Source of the DNA: Escherichia coli
GTDB lineage: Bacteria; Pseudomonadota; Gammaproteobacteria; Enterobacterales; Enterobacteriaceae
Assembly (NCBI RefSeq): GCF_003334385.1
Contig: NZ_QOWN01000001.1
Length of the DNA stretch: 64,000 nucleotides
Reading direction: 5' to 3' (one strand)
Shown: positions 59,796 to 64,000 of the stretch, one piece after another
Position numbering within the stretch: the stretch's first letter is position 1
Layout: every line of letters begins with the position of its first letter
Program-made: the position numbers and the translations under genes
The notes under the pieces: generated by a model
What the model saw: the letters and a program-made list of their open reading frames with translations, nothing else
What the model was told of the DNA's origin: nothing
Databases searched by the model: none

Positions 59796-59968
59796 ATGAC
59801 AGTCACATTTAAAAAATATTTAATCTATAGATCACAATGTAGGGTCATGGAATATATGTATACAACTATTTTCTTCTTCACTTTTAATTATCGTATTCAT
59901 TATAAAACTAAGTTAAAAAAACTCCTGGAGAGTGAGTTATTAATATATTTTTAAATAAAATTAAGTTA

Positions 59969-60489
59969 TCATTCATCGATGCACTTTATAGAATCATCAA
60001 TGGCCATAATAGTACTATTAACTCTCAATTTTATATTTTTATCATCACTACAAATATTAACTGAATTTATATCAATGATTTTTTTATTCTTATCTTTTAT
60101 TTTATTTACTGTTTCAATGCAATCAGCGGCAAGTTGGAGTGGATTTAGATTTTTCAGATATGGTCTTATGATCTTTCCCTTACTTAATAAATAGCATGTA
60201 TAGGATTCGGAAAGTCCAGCATCTATTTTGTACCTCATTATATTAGATAAGGATGTGAGAAATTCCTTGTTATCATTCGCAGCCATATATGCCAGTCCGA
60301 GTTCAGCCTCTGCGGCCTTACAGGCAAAATAGCTTAGTGAACACGCTTTTCGTCCCTCTTTAGTACTGGCTGATATTAGTGCCCATAATATTGCTTTGTC
60401 TGCCAAATCTAACTCTCTCTGAAATTGTCTTGCAGTAACTGCACTCGCAGAAATAGAGAAAAAAATACAATTGTTAATAACCTTGCCAT
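59969..60489 (-). pseudogene. putative exported orphan immunity gene, split by a frameshift in a T7 run (probably corresponds to K-12 yibV)
   Basis: An ATG at 60489, 5 nt after the upstream toxin-remnant stop, opens MARLLTIVFFSLFLRVQLLQDNFRES*. The 145-codon ORF (59969..60406 in the track, TTG start) lies in another frame that is open back to 60508. One extra T in the T7 run (60459-60465) would fuse them to MARLLTIVFFFSISASAVTARQFQRELDLADKAILW..., which is signal-peptide-like. Confidence 0.5.
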
Positions 60490-60494
60490 ATTTT

Positions 60495-61095
60495 TTAGTC
60501 CGTAACTGTTAATGTGCTATCTGGCTCTGAAAATATTAACTCATTTAATTTTTGCATGTCATTAGATAAACCAGTTATACAACCCTCGGAACAGAATCGA
60601 GGTCCTAAAGACGGACCAAAAGCGTTTAAACAACTATGTATTGAAAATCCATTGCGATTATAAGTTCCTGTATTAACTGACGGTACTAATCGTATGCCGT
60701 CAGGTTTTCTATTGCTTGCTCCCGGGTCATTAACATTCCAACTCCATAGGCCTTGAGGTATTGGCCATCTATTTATAAATGTGTACAACGGGGATTATTT
60801 TTACATTGCATATTATTACCAGAAGCGACTGGAATACTAAGCACATCATAAAAATTATCATCACATGGTATATCTGAAACACACGAAAGCATACCTAAAG
60901 TTATGCTGTATAAACAGGTGGCTAATCCCAAGGGGATCGATTCCAGAAATCGGGTTCAACGGATACTGATAAAAATTCCACCTACCTTCCAGCCCAATCG
61001 GAGCCTGAGTGTTATACCGCCCCTGCTGCGGTTAATGTTACCGATAATAGTTATAGTACAGCCCTGATTCATCATCATACTACTGCTGCGGCAGT
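60495..61095 (-). pseudogene. degenerate orphan Rhs fragment: decayed core 3' end plus an L,D-transpeptidase-like (DUF2778/Tlde1-like) toxin C-terminus; probably K-12 yibS/yibW
   Basis: Minus-strand translation gives [53 protein letters not shown], with 3 in-frame stops. The next segment, [10 protein letters not shown]...ASGNNMQCKNNPRCTHL*, is in a shifted frame. The 97-codon ORF 60495..60788 follows (YTFINRWPIPQGLWSW...GFSIHSCLNAFGPSLGPRFCSEGCITG...). Confidence 0.65.
60952..61095 (-). repeat. Rhs core 3'-end repeat, copy 3 (degenerate)
   Basis: gggttcaacggatactgataaaaattcca... aligns with copies 1 and 2 with many substitutions and three in-frame stops. Confidence 0.75.
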
Positions 61096-61112
61096 CTGAT
61101 GAACTATTGCTT

Positions 61113-61574
61113 TTACGGATTCTCCTTATTCTTCCTTCTATCCATTCGCTTTAGCTTTTTGAGCTCTTGAAGTTTGCTCTTTGCATCAATATTACCGTTA
61201 TTTACAGCGAATTCCATCCAATAAATAGCTCTATTCAAATTATAATATTCTGATAATGTTGGATTTGTATCTGATAAAAAGACCCCATAATTAAACTGCG
61301 CTGTAACATTCCCCTGAGATGCTGATCTTTCCAAGAATCGCAATTGTTTGTAAATGTTATTTTTAGTAAAGCAGTAATATTGATATAGTCGAAATGATGC
61401 CTCTGAATCACCATGTTGTGATTTATACTTCAGTTTCATCAACTTTTCTTCACTTAAATCATAGGTCATTGCTGTAGACCCCATCATACTTTCGTTTTGT
61501 TTTATTTTCACATCAGCACCATGCAATTGACAAATAAAAGAGAAATAAAAAAATAGTAACAAGCATGCTTTCAT
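61113..61574 (-). CDS. yibG: Sel1-like repeat protein YibG with N-terminal signal peptide; putative immunity partner of the YibJ C-terminus
   Basis: 153-aa ORF starting MKACLLLFFYFSFICQLHGADVKIK (signal-like). Sel1-type repeats are present (ASQGNVTAQFNYGVFL, AVNNGNIDAKSKLQEL). It starts 9 nt after the yibJ stop. Confidence 0.85.
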   Translation of the reverse strand: MKACLLLFFYFSFICQLHGADVKIKQNESMMGSTAMTYDLSEEKLMKLKYKSQHGDSEASFRLYQYYCFTKNNIYKQLRFLERSASQGNVTAQFNYGVFLSDTNPTLSEYYNLNRAIYWMEFAVNNGNIDAKSKLQELKKLKRMDRRKNKENP

Positions 61575-61585
61575 ACATCTACAAC

Positions 61586-62530
61586 CTATCTTATATCACT
61601 GGGTTTTTCTGGCGTACCTTGCATATTAGAAATGGGGTGCCCAGATGGCCCATATGTTATCCAATTACCAAGGTCTTTTGTTGTTATAGCCATTAGATCC
61701 TTATTTGAATTAAGGTTCGTTGGTGCTGTTAGCACTGTATCCATTTTTAACTTACCATTAGTTCCTCGCCCCCACCACGTCCATAGCGTGTCAGGTCCTA
61801 TTACATTTGTATGTAACTCTTTAGCTAATTGGCTAGCAAATGAATTTTGTCCTTTACCTGTATTACAAGAAAATAACCAAACTGTCATCCCATCTTTATA
61901 ATTCCCATCAAATTTAATTAGATATGCTAGATCTTTAGCTGTCATGATACTGCGCGTTGCGGATTCAATAGATGTGGGGGTACCATGCCCCCCGATTGTG
62001 AAAACGCCTGGGATATTAATCTCATCAGCTACAGAATGGATAAGATCACTTTCGGGGTATAAATTTATATCAACCAAACCTTGCGGATCTACATTTATGA
62101 CCGGATTCAACGGATACTGATAAAAATTCCATCCCCCCTTCAGTCCAATCGGATCCTGAGTGATATACCGCCCCAGCAGCGGGTCATAATAGCGGTGGCG
62201 GTTGTAATACAGGCCGGACTCCTCATCATACTGCTGACCCGGCAGGCGAATGAGCTGCTGCAGATGATGCGGGTTCTCATCACTCAGCAGGTTGCCCCAT
62301 TCATCATATTCTGCGCACCACGCTGTTGCCCCTTCCGTGCTGATGAGCGCCAGCGGCAGGCCGCGATGGTCGCAGTGGTACAGGTGGATTTTTCGCGCCG
62401 GCGTGTACACCGGGTCCATCTGGTTTTGCATCTGCTCCACGGTCAGGCCGCACGATGCCAGCCAGCGGCGGCTTTCCTCACTCACCCGGTCAGCCAGGAT
62501 TTCACTTTCCAGCCGGTCGAGCATCTGCAC
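61586..62530 (-). CDS. yibJ: orphan Rhs C-terminal fragment: last ~150 codons of the Rhs core, [13 protein letters not shown], then a 162-aa polymorphic toxin-like C-terminus
   Basis: 314-codon ORF from a GTG. The frame is open back to 62566, immediately after the yibA stop. It contains [52 protein letters not shown]. The true start, if the gene is expressed at all, is uncertain (an internal ATG gives [10 protein letters not shown]). Confidence 0.8.
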   Translation of the reverse strand: MQMLDRLESEILADRVSEESRRWLASCGLTVEQMQNQMDPVYTPARKIHLYHCDHRGLPLALISTEGATAWCAEYDEWGNLLSDENPHHLQQLIRLPGQQYDEESGLYYNRHRYYDPLLGRYITQDPIGLKGGWNFYQYPLNPVINVDPQGLVDINLYPESDLIHSVADEINIPGVFTIGGHGTPTSIESATRSIMTAKDLAYLIKFDGNYKDGMTVWLFSCNTGKGQNSFASQLAKELHTNVIGPDTLWTWWGRGTNGKLKMDTVLTAPTNLNSNKDLMAITTKDLGNWITYGPSGHPISNMQGTPEKPSDIR

Positions 62531-62566
62531 CGTGCCGGCGGGAATCCCCCACTGTGCATAGGCAAC
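62103..62566 (-). repeat. Rhs core 3'-end repeat, copy 2 (within yibJ)
   Basis: The first 145 nt are nearly identical to copy 1. The remainder encodes typical Rhs core sequence ([73 protein letters not shown]). Confidence 0.85.
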
Positions 62567-62571
62567 TCACG

Positions 62572-63414
62572 CTATGAACGCTTCAGCTTATCAATAGCGG
62601 AAGTTATAATTTCATTGTCATCAAACTTGTACAACATAGTATCTAAAACAGGAAGTAGCGTTTTATCACCTAATTCACCCGCAGCTTCAATGATATCATC
62701 ATAAACAGTATTTTTTTTTAACTCATCGCATAAAACAGATAAAACCCTTTTATCTTTTCTGTAGGAAAGTCCGATTATTGCTTCAATACGGACTTCCTCA
62801 TTTTTATCCTGAAGCATCTCCACAAAACAATCCCTAATATCACTATTATCATATTTATTGATATTTATTGCAAATGCGGCCCAGTTTCTGACATCTCCAT
62901 TTGGATCTTTTAACAGATTAATCAATAGTGGAATTGTTGCTTTATCATTGATAACAGAAATAGCAAATGCTGTAGCACGTCTGACATTAGTCGATTTATC
63001 AAAAGCAGTAATTTGAGATTGTTCTACTATTTTAGGTGAATAAATTGGGTTTTTCTTGCATCGCTGAGCCGTTGACTCGATTGCCGTAGCTCGAACGCAA
63101 GCGCTCTTATCATTCAATGCCATATTGTTCAAAATATTAAAAACATTATCTTCGCATTTTTTGCAAATTTTTATTTGCCCGAGTATAAATGCTCCGATAT
63201 CTCTACGGATATAATTTTTATCAGAGCAGAACTCAATTGCCAATCTAACAGCGTCTTGCCCACCTCTTAACTGTAATACTCTGGCAGATGAAATCCTTTT
63301 CAAGGAATTGTGATCATCAAGTAAGCGAAATAATTCATCATCATTTAGTTTCTTACATTGATTATATAAACCATACTCTTTACTTGCCTTTCTTTTCTGG
63401 TATGTATTTGACAT
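62572..63414 (-). CDS. yibA: HEAT-repeat protein YibA; cognate immunity candidate for the RhsA C-terminus
   Basis: ORF 62572..63429. The ATG at 63414, preceded by a ggagg SD, gives 280 aa starting MSNTYQKRKASKEYGLYNQCKK. It has repeated D-x-x-x-x-VR-x-x-A-x-x-A-L/I units (DKSACVRATAIES, STNVRRATAFAIS, DPNGDVRNWAAFAI, DKNEEVRIEAIIGLS). It starts 20 nt after the rhsA stop. Confidence 0.88.
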   Translation of the reverse strand: MSNTYQKRKASKEYGLYNQCKKLNDDELFRLLDDHNSLKRISSARVLQLRGGQDAVRLAIEFCSDKNYIRRDIGAFILGQIKICKKCEDNVFNILNNMALNDKSACVRATAIESTAQRCKKNPIYSPKIVEQSQITAFDKSTNVRRATAFAISVINDKATIPLLINLLKDPNGDVRNWAAFAININKYDNSDIRDCFVEMLQDKNEEVRIEAIIGLSYRKDKRVLSVLCDELKKNTVYDDIIEAAGELGDKTLLPVLDTMLYKFDDNEIITSAIDKLKRS

Positions 63415-63434
63415 TGCAGGAACCTCCACAAGGG

Positions 63435-64000
63435 CTATCTTTTTTTATCGTTTGACTGTCTGGAGTGACGACAATTCCAGGCTTTCTGTGTGCTTTTTGC
63501 ATCTTTAGCACTAATATCACCACAATCAATTAGTTCCTGAAGTACGTCACATCTGTCGGGTTTTTTCCCATCACTCCAGAATCTGTCATTTATTATGTCA
63601 TTGACACGATCAGTTATCCCTGTGTCTGCAACATTTCCACGAGAAGCTATCATTGTTATATCTAATGCTAGTCCCGGATTATTCAATATTAGAGAGTCAA
63701 ATATTCTTTGTGATGCTGTATCGTTCCACCATTTTGTCAATGCTTTTGCAGCATTATCATCTGCTTGCTGCTGTGCAGGGCTTTTGGGCCATGGAATTGG
63801 CAAGGGGAATGGTCTAGGAAAAACTTCTAACCCCAGAGGATCTGTATTCGTAACTGGATTCAACGGATACTGATAAAAATTCCATCCCCCCTTCAGCCCA
63901 ATCGGATCCTGAGTGATATACCGCCCCTGCAGCGGGTCATAATAGCGGTGGCGGTTGTAATACAGGCCGGACTCCTCATCATACTGCTGCCCCGGCAGGC
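63435..64000 (-). CDS. rhsA: RhsA, 3' end only (end of conserved core, [13 protein letters not shown], 130-aa C-terminal toxin-like extension); gene continues beyond the right edge
   Basis: The minus frame is open to the window edge and reads [67 protein letters not shown]...[12 protein letters not shown]-rich core is followed by an AT-rich tip. Confidence 0.9.
   Translation of the reverse strand, partial: LPGQQYDEESGLYYNRHRYYDPLQGRYITQDPIGLKGGWNFYQYPLNPVTNTDPLGLEVFPRPFPLPIPWPKSPAQQQADDNAAKALTKWWNDTASQRIFDSLILNNPGLALDITMIASRGNVADTGITDRVNDIINDRFWSDGKKPDRCDVLQELIDCGDISAKDAKSTQKAWNCRHSRQSNDKKR
63856..64000 (-). repeat. Rhs core 3'-end repeat, copy 1 (within rhsA)
   Basis: 145 nt that differ at only 3 positions from 62103-62247. 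Confidence 0.9.

Noticed and set aside
59979-60194. 71-aa very hydrophobic plus-strand ORF (MHFIESSMAIIVLLTLNFIFL...)
   Set aside because: It is antisense to the putative immunity ORF in a very AT-rich segment. The Phe/Leu/Ile richness is what the reverse complement of Lys/Asn/Ile codons produces, and there is no SD.
62081-62704. 207-aa plus-strand ORF across the yibJ/yibA junction
   Set aside because: It is antisense to the GC-rich Rhs core repeat, where open antisense frames are expected. It crosses a compositional boundary without any coding signal.

Overview
I recognise this window gene by gene as Escherichia coli chromosome. It is the K-12-type region in reverse K-12 orientation. It runs from xanP/gltS through recG-trmH-spoT-rpoZ-gmk, ligB, yicG, dinD, yicC, rph-pyrE, slmA-dut-coaBC, yicR, rpmBG, mutM and coaD. 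It continues through the complete K-12 core-type waa (rfa) LPS core locus (waaA; waaQGPSBOJYZU; waaL; hldD-waaFC), then htrL, kbl-tdh, waaH, yibQ-envC-gpmM, yibN-grxC-secB-gpsA-cysE, trmL, lldPRD, yibL, yibT, mtlADR and yibIH. It ends in the 3' end of the RhsA element (rhsA 3' end, yibA, yibJ, yibG and decayed remnants). Almost every ORF over 100 aa is either a known housekeeping gene or a shadow ORF antisense to one. I found no rRNA, tRNA, CRISPR array or intact mobile element. Sites I could read directly are the dinD LexA box, the rph-pyrE attenuator, the JUMPStart/ops element before waaQ, two LldR operator palindromes, a cluster of CRP palindromes upstream of mtlA, several REP/BIME-type repeats and several hairpin terminators. 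rph is intact (238 codons), unlike the rph-1 allele of MG1655/W3110. The accessory, AT-rich parts are the central waa block, htrL and the Rhs tail (59.5-64 kb), and the Rhs tail is the most interesting part. It holds three successive copies of the Rhs core 3' end, each ending in PxxxxDPxGL and each followed by a different toxin C-terminus and a small cognate ORF. The second toxin has a His...Cys layout reminiscent of clan-CD proteases and is paired with an exported Sel1-repeat protein. The third is a decayed L,D-transpeptidase-like (Tlde1/DUF2778-like) toxin, and its putative periplasmic immunity gene is split by a single-base frameshift in a T7 run. I see no inserted novel multi-gene system beyond this. 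All functional readings of the Rhs C-termini are inferences from motifs and need profile or structure searches.
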